A stretch of DNA of 64,000 bases from Clostridia bacterium (GCA_045545475.1 JAZQAZ010000023.1:72387-136386); one strand, 5' to 3'; counted from the stretch's first letter, positions 40,921 to 50,845 are shown. Numbers and translations: made by a program. Notes: generated from the sequence alone by a model not told the origin.

Positions 40921-41397
40921 ATGTGGAAAAAGTATAAACCCTATATAATATCATGTGCTATTGCCTTAGCTGTTGGCGGACTTTCTGCCCTTTTAACCAA
41001 AGGAAATATGGACCTTGCCAAGGATACCGTAATGCCGCCATTATCGCCGCCTGCCTTTTTATTCCCCATAGTCTGGAGCATTTTATACATCCTTATGGGA
41101 ATTGCCTCAGCAATAGTTTATTTAAGAAGGACGGCTCTGCCCAATGAAGCAAGGTGCGCGCTCACGGTTTATGCCGCATCGCTTGTCTTCAACTTTTTCT
41201 GGAGCATAATCTTTTTTAACCTCCGTGCCTTTTTGGCATCCTTTATCTGGCTGATCATTTTGTGGGTTTTAATTATCCTCTGCATAAAAAAGTTTTATCC
41301 CTTTTCAAAAACGGCGTCCTACCTTATGGTTCCCTATCTTTTGTGGGTAACTTTTGCAGGCTATCTTAACCTTATGATTTATATCTTAAACAGATAA
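40921..41397 (+). CDS. tspO: TspO/MBR family protein
   Basis: PPAFLFPIVWSILY.LMG, NFFWSIIFF, PYLLWVTFA.YLN. Confidence 0.92.
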   Translation: MWKKYKPYIISCAIALAVGGLSALLTKGNMDLAKDTVMPPLSPPAFLFPIVWSILYILMGIASAIVYLRRTALPNEARCALTVYAASLVFNFFWSIIFFNLRAFLASFIWLIILWVLIILCIKKFYPFSKTASYLMVPYLLWVTFAGYLNLMIYILNR

Positions 41398-42793
41398 TTT
41401 TCTTTAAGTTTTCCTCTGCCTTTTTTGCATCTGCCCTGCCCTTTGTTTCCTTCATTATTTTTCCGATAAGCGGAGCTATTGCCTTTTCCTTTCCTGATAA
41501 AAAGTCGGAAATTGCCTTTTCGTTTCCGATTATTACATTTTCTGTTATTTTTATAAGCTCATCGTAGGAAATGGGTGCAAAATCTTCTTCATTGAAAAGC
41601 TCTGTAAAAGGCTTTCTTTCCTCAAACATTTTATCGAAAATTTTCTTATCGAATCGCTTTTCGATTTTCCCCTTTGCCATAAGTGAAAGGACATATAAAA
41701 CATCGGATGCTGTAGGTAGAATTTCGCCGTTTTCCCTTGTTTCCTCATCCATAAACTTAAAGGCGGACGAAAGGATAATTTTCGATAAATGAACGGCATC
41801 GCCATAGCCCGATAAAAGGCTGTCAAAATATATGGAAAGCGATTTGTATTTTGATATTGTAAAGGCATCCTCCATCGATATGCCAAGTGATGCATAGTGC
41901 ATTTTCTTCTCCCTCGGAAGAGGGGGAAGATTTTCTTTTAAGGCGGAAATTTCTCTATCCGATATGTAAACCGAGGGAATGTCAGGCTCCGCAAAATAGC
42001 GGTAGTCCGATGCACTTTCCTTTCCGCGCATAGCTTCGGTAACTCCCGTTTCACTATTAAAGCGGCGGGTTTCCCTTACTATTTCTTTTCCTTCTTCAAG
42101 CATTGATGCAAGCCTTTTTGCCTCATAATCAATTGCCTTTTTTATAAAGGAAAAGGAGTTTACGTTTTTAATTTCAACCCTCTCGCTTATCTTTCCTGTC
42201 ACTTTATCTTTAAGGGATATATTTACGTCACAGCGAAGGGAGCCTTCCTGCATTTTACAGTCGGAAATTCCAAGGCGTTTCATGGTAAGTGCCAGGTCGG
42301 TAAGGTATTCTGCCACTTCTTCCCCTGTTGCAAAGTCGGGCTTTGTAACTATCTCAATCAATGGCACTCCCGCACGGTTGTAGTCGATTAAAATTTTTCC
42401 GTCCTTTTTTATGAGCTTACCTGCATCCTCCTCGATGTGGATACGCTCAATTCTTATCCTTCGCCCGTCTGTAAGAGTTACGCTTCCGCCAATGCAAAGT
42501 GGCACTTCGCCCTGAGTTATCTGATATGCCTTCGGAAGATCGGGATAGATATAGTTTTTCCTTGCCATATAGGAATAGTTGTTTATTTCTGAGCCAAAGG
42601 AAAGCCCAGCCATTGCACCGAAAAGCACAACCTCGTGATTAAGGTGCGGCAAAGCGCCGGGGTGTCCCATACAAACCTCACAGCATTTTGAGTTAGGCTC
42701 TCCGCCGAAGGAGTTTTCACAGGAGCAGAAAATTTTGCTTTTTGTAAGCAGTTCAACGTGGGTTTCAAGCCCGATTATGGCTTCAAAATTCAA
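41372..42793 (-). CDS. gatB: Asp/Glu-tRNA amidotransferase subunit B
   Basis: IGLETHVEL, YPDLPKAYQITQ, IHIEEDAGK, DYNRAGVPLIEIV, DYRYFAEPD; TTG start 42793. Confidence 0.93.
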   Translation of the reverse strand: MNFEAIIGLETHVELLTKSKIFCSCENSFGGEPNSKCCEVCMGHPGALPHLNHEVVLFGAMAGLSFGSEINNYSYMARKNYIYPDLPKAYQITQGEVPLCIGGSVTLTDGRRIRIERIHIEEDAGKLIKKDGKILIDYNRAGVPLIEIVTKPDFATGEEVAEYLTDLALTMKRLGISDCKMQEGSLRCDVNISLKDKVTGKISERVEIKNVNSFSFIKKAIDYEAKRLASMLEEGKEIVRETRRFNSETGVTEAMRGKESASDYRYFAEPDIPSVYISDREISALKENLPPLPREKKMHYASLGISMEDAFTISKYKSLSIYFDSLLSGYGDAVHLSKIILSSAFKFMDEETRENGEILPTASDVLYVLSLMAKGKIEKRFDKKIFDKMFEERKPFTELFNEEDFAPISYDELIKITENVIIGNEKAISDFLSGKEKAIAPLIGKIMKETKGRADAKKAEENLKKIICLRYKS

Positions 42794-44201
42794 ATTTTTC
42801 CGCCCCCTTTTTATAAATTTCGCCCTGCATTGCATCTTCAAAGGCGTATGCCGCACGAAGTATAACATCCTCATTCATCCACTTTGCTGTTATGAGCATA
42901 CCTAAGGGAAGTCCGTTTTCAGAAAATCCCATCGGAACAGAAAGGGATGGAAGATGGAAAACCGACGCCGCCGTTAAAAAGTAGTCCGTTAAAAGTTCAT
43001 CTGTTTCTCCCAAAAGCGGTGCTGTATGAAATGCTGAGGGCGAAATAAGTATGTCAAATTTATCAAATACCTCTTTGAAGCTTTCTGCAAGACGGCACCT
43101 TTCCGCCTCCGCCTTTTTCCTTAAGGAAAGCTCCTTTTCAGAGGTCAGTATGGCGTTTCCCAGAAGGATTCTCATTCTCACTTCGTCGCCAAAGCCCTCT
43201 CTTGTATCAATGACGCTGTTTCGTCTTTCGCCGTATCTTACGCCGTCGTACCTTGCCAAATTGCTTGCCGCATCTGAGGTTGCAATTACGGAATATATGT
43301 CATCCGCCTTGTCCCAAGTGGGAATTTTCACATCCGTCACTTCCGCTCCAAGCAATCTATAAGTTTCTGCGGCTCTTTTTATGTATTTCTTCGTTTCATC
43401 GTGGGCTTTATCCGTCACATCCAAAATTATTCCGACCTTAAACCCCTTTATGCCATCTGAAAGATTGCCGTAAGTTTTTTTCCTGTCGCCCTTTAAGGAC
43501 GTCATATCCTTTTCATCAAAGCAGTTTACCGCATCGAAAACCGCCGACACATCTGAAACCGAGCCTGCGATTATCCCCACTCTGTCAAGCAGGGACGAAT
43601 GGGCAATAAGTCCGCGTCTGCTTAAGGCTCCGTAGGTGGGGCAAAGACCGACGGTACCCGTATAGGATGCGGGAAGCCTTATGCTTCCGCCGGTATCTGA
43701 ACCCAAGGCATAAACCGCACAGCCGGATGCAACAGCTGCTGCACTTCCGCCGGAGGAACCACCGGGAGACCTTTTTTCATCAAGAGGATTTATAACCGCA
43801 CCCTTAAACGAAGTGTCACTTGATGCACCCATTCCGAACTCGTCCATATTGTTTTTGCCGAGAAGCACCGCACCTTCCTTTTTAAGGCAGGCGTAAGTAT
43901 GGGCATCATAAGTAGGATAGTAATCAGACAGAACTCTGCTTCCCGCTGTGGTTAAAATTCCGCAACTTAAAAGATTATCCTTAAGGCTCATGGGAATGCC
44001 GGAAAGCAGTGTGTCCTTCCCTTCATCAAAAAGCTTTTCTGCATATCGGGCATTTTCAAGTGCTTCTTTTTCCGTAACCGTAATGAATGCATTAAGGTCC
44101 TCTTTTTCCTTTATTCTTTCAAGATACTTTTCTAAAAGAAGCGAAGGCGAAATTTCTTTATTTTTAAGAAGCGCATTTATCTTTTCAATTTTTCCCTTCA
44201 T
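42783..44201 (-). CDS. gatA: Asp/Glu-tRNA amidotransferase subunit A
   Basis: SLKDN, NMDEFGMG, PGGSSGGS, SDTGGSIR, SNLARYDGVRYG; start 44201. Confidence 0.92.
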   Translation of the reverse strand: MKGKIEKINALLKNKEISPSLLLEKYLERIKEKEDLNAFITVTEKEALENARYAEKLFDEGKDTLLSGIPMSLKDNLLSCGILTTAGSRVLSDYYPTYDAHTYACLKKEGAVLLGKNNMDEFGMGASSDTSFKGAVINPLDEKRSPGGSSGGSAAAVASGCAVYALGSDTGGSIRLPASYTGTVGLCPTYGALSRRGLIAHSSLLDRVGIIAGSVSDVSAVFDAVNCFDEKDMTSLKGDRKKTYGNLSDGIKGFKVGIILDVTDKAHDETKKYIKRAAETYRLLGAEVTDVKIPTWDKADDIYSVIATSDAASNLARYDGVRYGERRNSVIDTREGFGDEVRMRILLGNAILTSEKELSLRKKAEAERCRLAESFKEVFDKFDILISPSAFHTAPLLGETDELLTDYFLTAASVFHLPSLSVPMGFSENGLPLGMLITAKWMNEDVILRAAYAFEDAMQGEIYKKGAEKFEF

Positions 44202-44439
44202 AATACGCCTCCGAAACTGAAATAAAGCCGTCCTCTGTCGCCTTTGCATTTTTAACGGCAACAAAATTGTCAAGTGACGGCTTTGCCTCATCTTCCCTTA
44301 GTGAAGTGTCCTTGTATGTAACATCCCCGTCTGTAAGTGAGTTTTTAAGTATCTTTTTAATCCTTGATTCAAATTTTTCCTTTTCGCCCTTTCTTTCCTT
44401 AAGTGCCGAAAGGTGTAAAAGCTCTTCGTATGTGTACAT
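44185..44439 (-). CDS. gatC: Amidotransferase subunit C (divergent)
   Basis: Upstream of gatA; LREDE and DGFISV motifs; start 44439. Confidence 0.6.
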   Translation of the reverse strand: MYTYEELLHLSALKERKGEKEKFESRIKKILKNSLTDGDVTYKDTSLREDEAKPSLDNFVAVKNAKATEDGFISVSEAYYEGKN

Positions 44440-44463
44440 AAAACCCCATCCTTTATGATATAC

Positions 44464-44492
44464 AGTATATACTATAAAGGGCAAATTTTCAA
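44464..44492 (-). promoter_or_regulatory. Sigma-A promoter of gatCAB
   Basis: Minus strand TTGAAA-17 bp-TATACT. Confidence 0.55.
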
Positions 44493-44496
44493 GCAA

Positions 44497-44523
44497 AAAA
44501 GGCGATGCAATGCATCGCCTTTC
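44497..44523 (-). terminator. Terminator of the sugar ABC operon
   Basis: AAAAGGCGATGCA-a-TGCATCGCCTTTT. Confidence 0.75.
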
Positions 44524-44593
44524 TGTTTTCAAGGTATATCTCTTATTTTTCTTAATAAACTTGTCTTTTTGCGTTCCGGGCATTTTTAACGCT

Positions 44594-45454
44594 TCACCCT
44601 TTTACCGCACCTGCGGCAACACCCTTTATTATATGCTTCTGACAAAGAAGATAAAATACAATAACCGGTACAATGCTTATCATAATCATCGCCATCGTTG
44701 CACCCATATCCACCGTACCGAAGCTTCCACGAAGGTACTGAATATGAATGGGAATGGTGCGGTACTCGTTTATATCAAGTACAAGATAAGGAAGGAGATA
44801 GTCGTTCCATATCCACATAATTTCAAGCACACCCACGGAAATAAGGGTTGGCTTGAGCATAGGAAGCACCACAAGAAAGAAGGTCTTAACAGGCCCGCAT
44901 CCGTCAATGGACGCCGCTTCCTCAATTTCTGAAGGTATGGATTTTATAAAGCCCGAAAACATAAATATCGCAAGTCCTGCACCAAATCCAAGGTAAATTA
45001 TGGGAATGGTAAAAGGCGTATTTAAGTTAAGTGTGTCCGCCGTTCTTGAAAGAGTGTACATAACCATCTGGAAGGGCACAACCATTGAAAAAACGCATAA
45101 GTAGTAAACACTCTTCCCTATTATTCCGCCCACCCTTTCAATGTACCACGCCGCCATTGACGTGCATAAAAGTATCAGTGCAGTGGAAGTTACGGTAATT
45201 ATAAAGCTGTATAAAACCGACATAAGAAAAGGATAGTTTCCGAAGGTCATACCCTTTATATAGTTATCCGCCCCCACAAAGCTTTCGGCATTTGGCAGAC
45301 TGAAGGTTTCCATATTTATGGCATTGTTGCTCTTGAATGAATTAATCAACACCAGGAGAACCGGCATAACATAAAATATACTGATGACGGAAAATATCAC
45401 CGTGAGTACTGTTTTCACAGCTCTTTCCCGCCTTAACGAAGAGAGATTTTTCAA
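44594..45454 (-). CDS. Carbohydrate ABC transporter permease
   Basis: EEAASIDGC EAA motif, WNDYLLP, GAVKG. Confidence 0.92.
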   Translation of the reverse strand: MKNLSSLRRERAVKTVLTVIFSVISIFYVMPVLLVLINSFKSNNAINMETFSLPNAESFVGADNYIKGMTFGNYPFLMSVLYSFIITVTSTALILLCTSMAAWYIERVGGIIGKSVYYLCVFSMVVPFQMVMYTLSRTADTLNLNTPFTIPIIYLGFGAGLAIFMFSGFIKSIPSEIEEAASIDGCGPVKTFFLVVLPMLKPTLISVGVLEIMWIWNDYLLPYLVLDINEYRTIPIHIQYLRGSFGTVDMGATMAMIMISIVPVIVFYLLCQKHIIKGVAAGAVKG

Positions 45455-46368
45455 TTTTTTACCTCCCTTGATTTTGTTCCGAATAGCTGCAGCAGTCCTA
45501 TTCCCACAACCAGTATGCAGAATAGCACCGCTTTTGCCTGACCGACGCCACGATTCGTAACATTGGAGCTGAAGGAATTTACAATATTAAGTGCCATAAG
45601 CTCCGTGGTTCTTATCGTGCTTCCGTCGGCAAGCATTTGGAAGGGCCTTCCCGCCGTAAGAGCTAAGTTCTGATCATAAAGCTTAAATGAATTGGTTAAT
45701 GTCAGAAAAGTGCATATTGTAATTGACGGCATCATGTTGGGGATGATAATTCTCCTCAGTGCCTGAAAGCCGGTGGCTCCGTCAATTTTGGATGCTTCAA
45801 GCATATCCTCCGGCACAGACTGAAATCCTGCGATATATATAATCATCATATACCCCACCTGCTGCCAGCACATTAAAATCACAAGTCCGATAAATCCAAG
45901 TCTTCCGTCCAGCATTATGGATGTACTGTAAAATGACAGAATGTAGTCAAATATCATAGACCAGATATAGCCAAGCACAATACCTCCGATTAAGTTTGGC
46001 ATAAAGAAAACTGTTCTGAAAATATCAGCTCCCCTTATTTTACTGGTAAGGGCGTAGGCCACAGCGAATGCAATAAGATTTATCAGAATAAGCGACACAA
46101 AGGTGAACAGTGCCGTATTTTTGAAGGCGTTAACAAAGGACGCATCCGAAAACGCTTGAATATAATTGTCTATTCCACTCCATTCCCAATCGCTTGTAAG
46201 CCTGAACTTTGTAAAAGACAGGAAAAGTCCCTGCATAAACGGCCATATAAAGCCTATAAAAAAGGCAATCAATGTAGGCAAAAGGAAGAGCCAGCCCATG
46301 CGGGCAACGGGCTTCCTTATAAGACTTGACGACAAACCGCCTCGCTCCCTGCGGATTTTTTTAATCAC
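45451..46368 (-). CDS. Carbohydrate ABC transporter permease
   Basis: FRTVFFMPNLIGG, EASKIDGA. Confidence 0.92.
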   Translation of the reverse strand: MIKKIRRERGGLSSSLIRKPVARMGWLFLLPTLIAFFIGFIWPFMQGLFLSFTKFRLTSDWEWSGIDNYIQAFSDASFVNAFKNTALFTFVSLILINLIAFAVAYALTSKIRGADIFRTVFFMPNLIGGIVLGYIWSMIFDYILSFYSTSIMLDGRLGFIGLVILMCWQQVGYMMIIYIAGFQSVPEDMLEASKIDGATGFQALRRIIIPNMMPSITICTFLTLTNSFKLYDQNLALTAGRPFQMLADGSTIRTTELMALNIVNSFSSNVTNRGVGQAKAVLFCILVVGIGLLQLFGTKSREVKN

Positions 46369-46396
46369 TTAAAATCACACTCTTCCTTTAATGTTT

Positions 46397-47677
46397 TTAC
46401 TGATTTTCCAATGTATACTGCTGTTCCCAACCGGCAATAAACGCTTTTTCTACTTCGGACCAGTCGGAAAGTCCCGCACTGTATTTAGTAAGAGCGTCAG
46501 TAACTCCCATACGCCACATTTCAACTCCGGGCGTAAAGTTAAAGTCCCAGCTTACAGAATACTTTCCTTCATTAATATATTCCGATGCATTTCTTATAAA
46601 GAGATTGGTATCCTCAGGTGCTCCTTCGTAAGGAATAGCACCAAATTCCTCGGTCATAACCTTTGTTCCCTCCTCAGATGTTACAAGCCAGTCCATGAAA
46701 TCAAGAGTTGCCCTTATATCTTCTTCGGAAGCGTTTTTATTTACCGCCCAACAGTTTTCCGTACCGGAGCAAAGTCCGGCATTTTCCTCTCCCGGAACGC
46801 CGGTATATATGGGAATCATCTTAAGTTCGTCATCCGTAAAGCCTGCTTCCTTAAGCTTGTGATATTCCCATGAGCCATTTTGATAAAACACTGCCTTACG
46901 CTCGGTAAATTCTGCGGTTGCCATATCAGCCGTGGCTGTTGCAAGGCTTGCACCCGTAACAGATGAGTTATTTATATACAAGTCCCATATGTTTTTAAAT
47001 GCATAAAGGTGACTTCCCGTAAGCTTCGGCACCTGAAAATTAACTCCTCTGTCCTTAAATTCATAATAAAGAGGCATGTTTGCCAGATGTCCTGAAAAAC
47101 GCCACGAAGAAGATGCGTCCAATCCCGATGAAGTGAAAGCGTCAAACCCAAGCTCTCCGCTTCTTTGGTGAATGTCAGAAGCCACAGCGGATAAAGTTTC
47201 AAAGTTGTAAATATCGTCAATTGCATAGCCTGCTTTTTCCAGTAAATCCGTATTTACAATTATTCCGAAGCACTCATAACAATATCCAATGGATGCCGCA
47301 CTTCCGTCCTCGTTATAAAGGATTATATCCTGATTGAGTTTTTCAAATACCCTTGTTCCCCTAAGATCATAGCAATAGTCCCCCCAGGTTTTAAGTGATT
47401 CCATATTTCCCACAACAAACAAGGTAGGAGCATTTTTCTTGTCCATCTCGGCGATGAGAGCCGTGTTATATCCGCCGGATGCCGCAGTTACCACTTTAAC
47501 GTCTACGCCGGTTTGATTTTTGTAGCTCTTGGCAATATTTTGAAGTGCAGCATCTGCTTCGGGTTTAAAGTTAAACCAGTATACACTTCCTGCCTTTTCT
47601 TCCTTTGTGCAACAGGTAAGGGATAAAATTATTATCGTGGCAAACATAAATGCAAATATTTTTTTCATATAAATCAT
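46397..47677 (-). CDS. Carbohydrate ABC transporter substrate-binding lipoprotein
   Basis: Lipoprotein-type signal, VYWFNFKPE, FYQNGSWEY. Confidence 0.9.
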   Translation of the reverse strand: MIYMKKIFAFMFATIIILSLTCCTKEEKAGSVYWFNFKPEADAALQNIAKSYKNQTGVDVKVVTAASGGYNTALIAEMDKKNAPTLFVVGNMESLKTWGDYCYDLRGTRVFEKLNQDIILYNEDGSAASIGYCYECFGIIVNTDLLEKAGYAIDDIYNFETLSAVASDIHQRSGELGFDAFTSSGLDASSSWRFSGHLANMPLYYEFKDRGVNFQVPKLTGSHLYAFKNIWDLYINNSSVTGASLATATADMATAEFTERKAVFYQNGSWEYHKLKEAGFTDDELKMIPIYTGVPGEENAGLCSGTENCWAVNKNASEEDIRATLDFMDWLVTSEEGTKVMTEEFGAIPYEGAPEDTNLFIRNASEYINEGKYSVSWDFNFTPGVEMWRMGVTDALTKYSAGLSDWSEVEKAFIAGWEQQYTLENQ

Positions 47678-47792
47678 CCTTTCAATAAAGATAGTATATC
47701 TATTATTCCCAATCTGAATACAAAAAAGTAAATTTATTTTTTAAATGTGTTTTTATTTGCTAATATCGACATTTTTGACGTTCCGTAAAAAA

Positions 47793-47821
47793 ACCCAAGG
47801 ACGCATTTCGCGTCCTTGGGT
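47793..47821 (-). terminator. Terminator (identical copy at 50557..50585)
   Basis: ACCCAAGGACGC-atttc-GCGTCCTTGGGT with an adjacent A-tract. Confidence 0.85.
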
Positions 47822-47826
47822 GCTAA

Positions 47827-48180
47827 TCAACCTAATGGATTTTTTACATTTCCTTCTTCATCAAATATAACTTTTTTCCCGGTTTTACTATGATAAAAGT
47901 TACGTGTGCCATCTTTGCCTTCAGCAAAAGTCAATTCTGTCCCTACCGGCATATCAAATATAGATAAAACTGCAGGCTCGATTTCAAACATTGTCCCAAA
48001 ATCACATACTGTCATATTTTTAGGGTTGCTCAAAAAATCATTGGTGTCAATATCTGATAAAAATACCCACCCATTATCAACATCATGTTTACTTTTTTCC
48101 CTTATACACCATCTTAATTTTCCTTTTCCATTCAACAAATTGTTAGAGAGTATCGACCCTCCCATTCCCATGCTCGCCAT
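47827..48180 (-). CDS. Immunity protein (DUF2185/Imm33-like)
   Basis: RE.....DNGWVFLS..DT.DF..NP.N..V, EPAV..IFDMPVGT. Confidence 0.75.
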   Translation of the reverse strand: MASMGMGGSILSNNLLNGKGKLRWCIREKSKHDVDNGWVFLSDIDTNDFLSNPKNMTVCDFGTMFEIEPAVLSIFDMPVGTELTFAEGKDGTRNFYHSKTGKKVIFDEEGNVKNPLG

Positions 48181-48196
48181 TTCTAAACTCCTCCTT

Positions 48197-48298
48197 TTAT
48201 TCGTATTTATGACTCCGATTGGTTTTTGGTAATTCCGGGCGATAATTAGCAGGATTCCTATACCAATCTAAAAACTCTCTTCTGCTCAGTGCTCCCAT
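48197..48298 (-). pseudogene. GH-E (HNH/EndoVII) nuclease toxin C-terminal remnant
   Basis: MGALSRREFLDWYRNPANYRPELPKTNRSHKYE* resembles the GH-E C-terminus; directly precedes the immunity gene. Confidence 0.7.
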
Positions 48299-48307
48299 AG
48301 CAAACAA

Positions 48308-48349
48308 GACAAAAGGGGACGAGACAAAAAAGGTACGTCCCCTTTTGTC
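48308..48349. repeat. REP-like element (partial inverted copy plus full 27-mer)
   Basis: GACAAAAGGGGACG then GACAAAAAAGGTACGTCCCCTTTTGTC (48323..48349). Confidence 0.9.
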
Positions 48350-48391
48350 CACGATCATTTGTTTCTCTCCTTAGATAAAAAATATGTTATT

Positions 48392-49297
48392 CTAGTCTTT
48401 TTCTTGGATTTTGGCATATTCTGTTGGTGGTATACCCGTCACTTTTTTAAAAAGTCTTGAAAAATAATGAACGGAGTTAAATCCGAGTATGTCAGAAATC
48501 TCGCTGAAATTATATTTGTTAAGACAAATGAGCTTTTTTGCTTTTTCGATTTTCAGTATGTTAAAATAGGCAACAGGGCCATTGCCGGTAAAATTTCGGA
48601 AAAGATATTTAAGCTTTGAAACGCTCATAGCTCCTGCAAGAGCAAAATCCTCCAAAGTAAATTTTTTGCTGATATTATCTTCCATAAATTTTACAATCTG
48701 TTCAAATTCGTCAGTCAGGATACTATGTTTCTTTTCTTCCCGTTGATTCATTTGTTGCGTTTTTGAAATATCTGAAAGGAAAAGCTCCAATCGTTTTTTA
48801 AAATATAATATTTTGTATTCGGAAATATCCTTTTTTAATGTCATTCTGGAAACGCCGTTAACTGTTTTTCTTGTAAAGTATTTTATACCTGTTTCTGCAA
48901 TTTCCAGAAAAATATTTTTTTGCATTGAATTAAGAGTAATCGGACGGTTATATATTTTCTGAAGCTCAGTACTGTCTGTATCAAAGCTCAATATATAGCT
49001 TGTGGCATCAGAACCTTTATCTCCCATCGTATGAAAATGCCCCGGAGCATAAATCATAATCTGACCGGGATTTAAGGTTATATTCTCATTGTTCAGTATA
49101 AGATTATGAACCCCCGATTTGATAAATATAAGCTCAGGAAAGTTGTGAGATTCTCCCTTTCCCGATACGGTAGTTTTAAAATCAATATAAAAACATGAAA
49201 AAATCCCGTTTACTTTGATAGCATCTTCAAAATTCAAAGCTTTATATTCCAAACCTATACTCTCCTTTGATTTTAATCTTTTTGTGCAAAAAATCAA
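48392..49297 (-). CDS. AraC family transcriptional regulator
   Basis: GESHNFPEL cupin; ISDILGFNSVHYFSRLFKKVTGIPPTEY; real start may be the TTG at 49252. Confidence 0.9.
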   Translation of the reverse strand: MIFCTKRLKSKESIGLEYKALNFEDAIKVNGIFSCFYIDFKTTVSGKGESHNFPELIFIKSGVHNLILNNENITLNPGQIMIYAPGHFHTMGDKGSDATSYILSFDTDSTELQKIYNRPITLNSMQKNIFLEIAETGIKYFTRKTVNGVSRMTLKKDISEYKILYFKKRLELFLSDISKTQQMNQREEKKHSILTDEFEQIVKFMEDNISKKFTLEDFALAGAMSVSKLKYLFRNFTGNGPVAYFNILKIEKAKKLICLNKYNFSEISDILGFNSVHYFSRLFKKVTGIPPTEYAKIQEKD

Positions 49298-49401
49298 CCA
49301 TTTAATCTAAATACAAAACACATTTTTATTGTTAAAATAGGCATAGATAAATGATATCCTAATTTTTACTTTTTGTCAACAATATGGAGGAGGAAGAAAG
49401 T

Positions 49402-50475
49402 ATGAATAAATTAAAACTTGGTCTTATAGGCTGTGGAAAAATGATGGCTCAGCATGTTAATGGTGTGAAAAAGAGTGAAAATGTAGAAATCGTTGCTGTT
49501 TGCGATATTATTGAGGAAAATGCAAGGGTAGTTGCAGAAGAATTGGGAAACAATGCAAAGATTTTTACAGATTACAGAGATTTGGTTTCTGAGGTTGATG
49601 CTGTTTTAATAGCTCTGCCTCACGATCTTCATTTTCAGTGTGGAATGTATTTTGCAATGCATGATAAACACATTCTGATGGAAAAGCCTCTTTGCAATTC
49701 AGAAAGGGAATGTGAAATTCTTATTGAAACTTGCGAAAAGCGTAACCTTAAGCTTATGTCTGCTTATCCGGTTCGTTTCTGGCCTGGTGTTGTTAAGCTT
49801 AAAGAACTGGTTGATTCGGGGGAATTCGGAGAAATTATTCAGATGTCAATATGGACCGAACAGCTTACCGGTGCGGATATGACATATCTTGATATTGAAA
49901 GAAACTGGCTTGTCACAAGCAGGTTAGGCGGAGGACAGCTTTTCAGCCATGGCTGCCATTATATTGATATTCTGCTTTGGTTCCTGGGAGAGCCTGTGAC
50001 AGGGGCACATATGGGTACAAGAAACGGAACTCCATGGATGATTGAAGAGGGCACAAGTGCTCTTGTAATGAAATTTGAAAACGGTGCTGTCGGTTATCAT
50101 GGTGCAACATGGGGGGCAAGGGGAACCCGACTTGGCTATGATTTCCAAATTCAAACAGAAAAGGCTCTTTTGGAATATGATCACTCCGGTGGTGAGGTAA
50201 GAATTTACAGGAAATCTGCCGTTCATACTCCTGGGCAAGAGGATAAAAAAGAAAATTACGAGGTTGTATGGAAAAGAACAGAGGAAAAATCAAAAAACAC
50301 CCAGTATGAAATCAATCACTTTACAGACTGTGTTCTTAACGATAAAACACCTCTTACAAATGGTAGAGCAGCACTTCAGGGATTAAGAGTAATCTGGGAA
50401 CTGTACTTGGCAGAGAAAAACAACAGGCTTGCAAATCTTAAAGGTCTTGGCTTAGGTGCTGTTGAAAACAAATAA
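49402..50475 (+). CDS. Gfo/Idh/MocA oxidoreductase
   Basis: GLIGCGKM, ALPHDLH, LMEKP, GGG.LFSHGCHYID. Confidence 0.92.
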   Translation: MNKLKLGLIGCGKMMAQHVNGVKKSENVEIVAVCDIIEENARVVAEELGNNAKIFTDYRDLVSEVDAVLIALPHDLHFQCGMYFAMHDKHILMEKPLCNSERECEILIETCEKRNLKLMSAYPVRFWPGVVKLKELVDSGEFGEIIQMSIWTEQLTGADMTYLDIERNWLVTSRLGGGQLFSHGCHYIDILLWFLGEPVTGAHMGTRNGTPWMIEEGTSALVMKFENGAVGYHGATWGARGTRLGYDFQIQTEKALLEYDHSGGEVRIYRKSAVHTPGQEDKKENYEVVWKRTEEKSKNTQYEINHFTDCVLNDKTPLTNGRAALQGLRVIWELYLAEKNNRLANLKGLGLGAVENK

Positions 50476-50497
50476 ACAATTTTGGGGACGGGGCAGT

Positions 50498-50535
50498 GAC
50501 AAAAGGGGACGTACCTTTTTTGTCTCCCTTTTGTC
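50498..50535. repeat. REP-like element, inverted relative to 48323
   Basis: GACAAAAGGGGACGTACCTTTTTTGTC is the exact reverse complement of the 27-mer. Confidence 0.9.
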
Positions 50536-50556
50536 TCAGGCGAACCGCAAAAAAAC

Positions 50557-50585
50557 ACCCAAGGACGCATTTCGCGTCCTTGGGT
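50557..50585 (-). terminator. Terminator (copy of 47793..47821)
   Basis: ACCCAAGGACGCATTTCGCGTCCTTGGGT. Confidence 0.8.
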
Positions 50586-50630
50586 ACTTATAAGAAGAAC
50601 TAAATTGTTACGATGTTGTCTATACTATGA

Positions 50631-50659
50631 TACCAAAAAATGTACGTCCCCAAGTGGTA
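50631..50659. repeat. REP-like element variant
   Basis: TACCAAAAAATGTACGTCCCCAAGTGGTA, 6 bp past the stop of the small immunity gene. Confidence 0.75.
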
Positions 50660-50665
50660 TTTCAA

Positions 50666-50845
50666 TTATTCGTCAATATCGTTGTGGTATTTACAGCTTT
50701 TACACCTTTGGCGTTGTTCTTCATTCCATTTGATACCTTCTGGTAAAAGTGTGGATTTCACATAACCATCTGCTACATCACATACAATGTAGCAATCGGC
50801 ACCATTGATGTTGCCACCCTTTACCGGACAATATACTGTTTTCAT
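50666..50845 (-). CDS. Small Cys-rich putative immunity protein (59 aa, not in the ORF track)
   Basis: MKTVYCPVKGGNINGADCYIVCDVADGYVKSTLLPEGIKWNEEQRQRCKSCKYHNDIDE; ATG overlaps the toxin-CT TGA. Confidence 0.75.
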   Translation of the reverse strand: MKTVYCPVKGGNINGADCYIVCDVADGYVKSTLLPEGIKWNEEQRQRCKSCKYHNDIDE

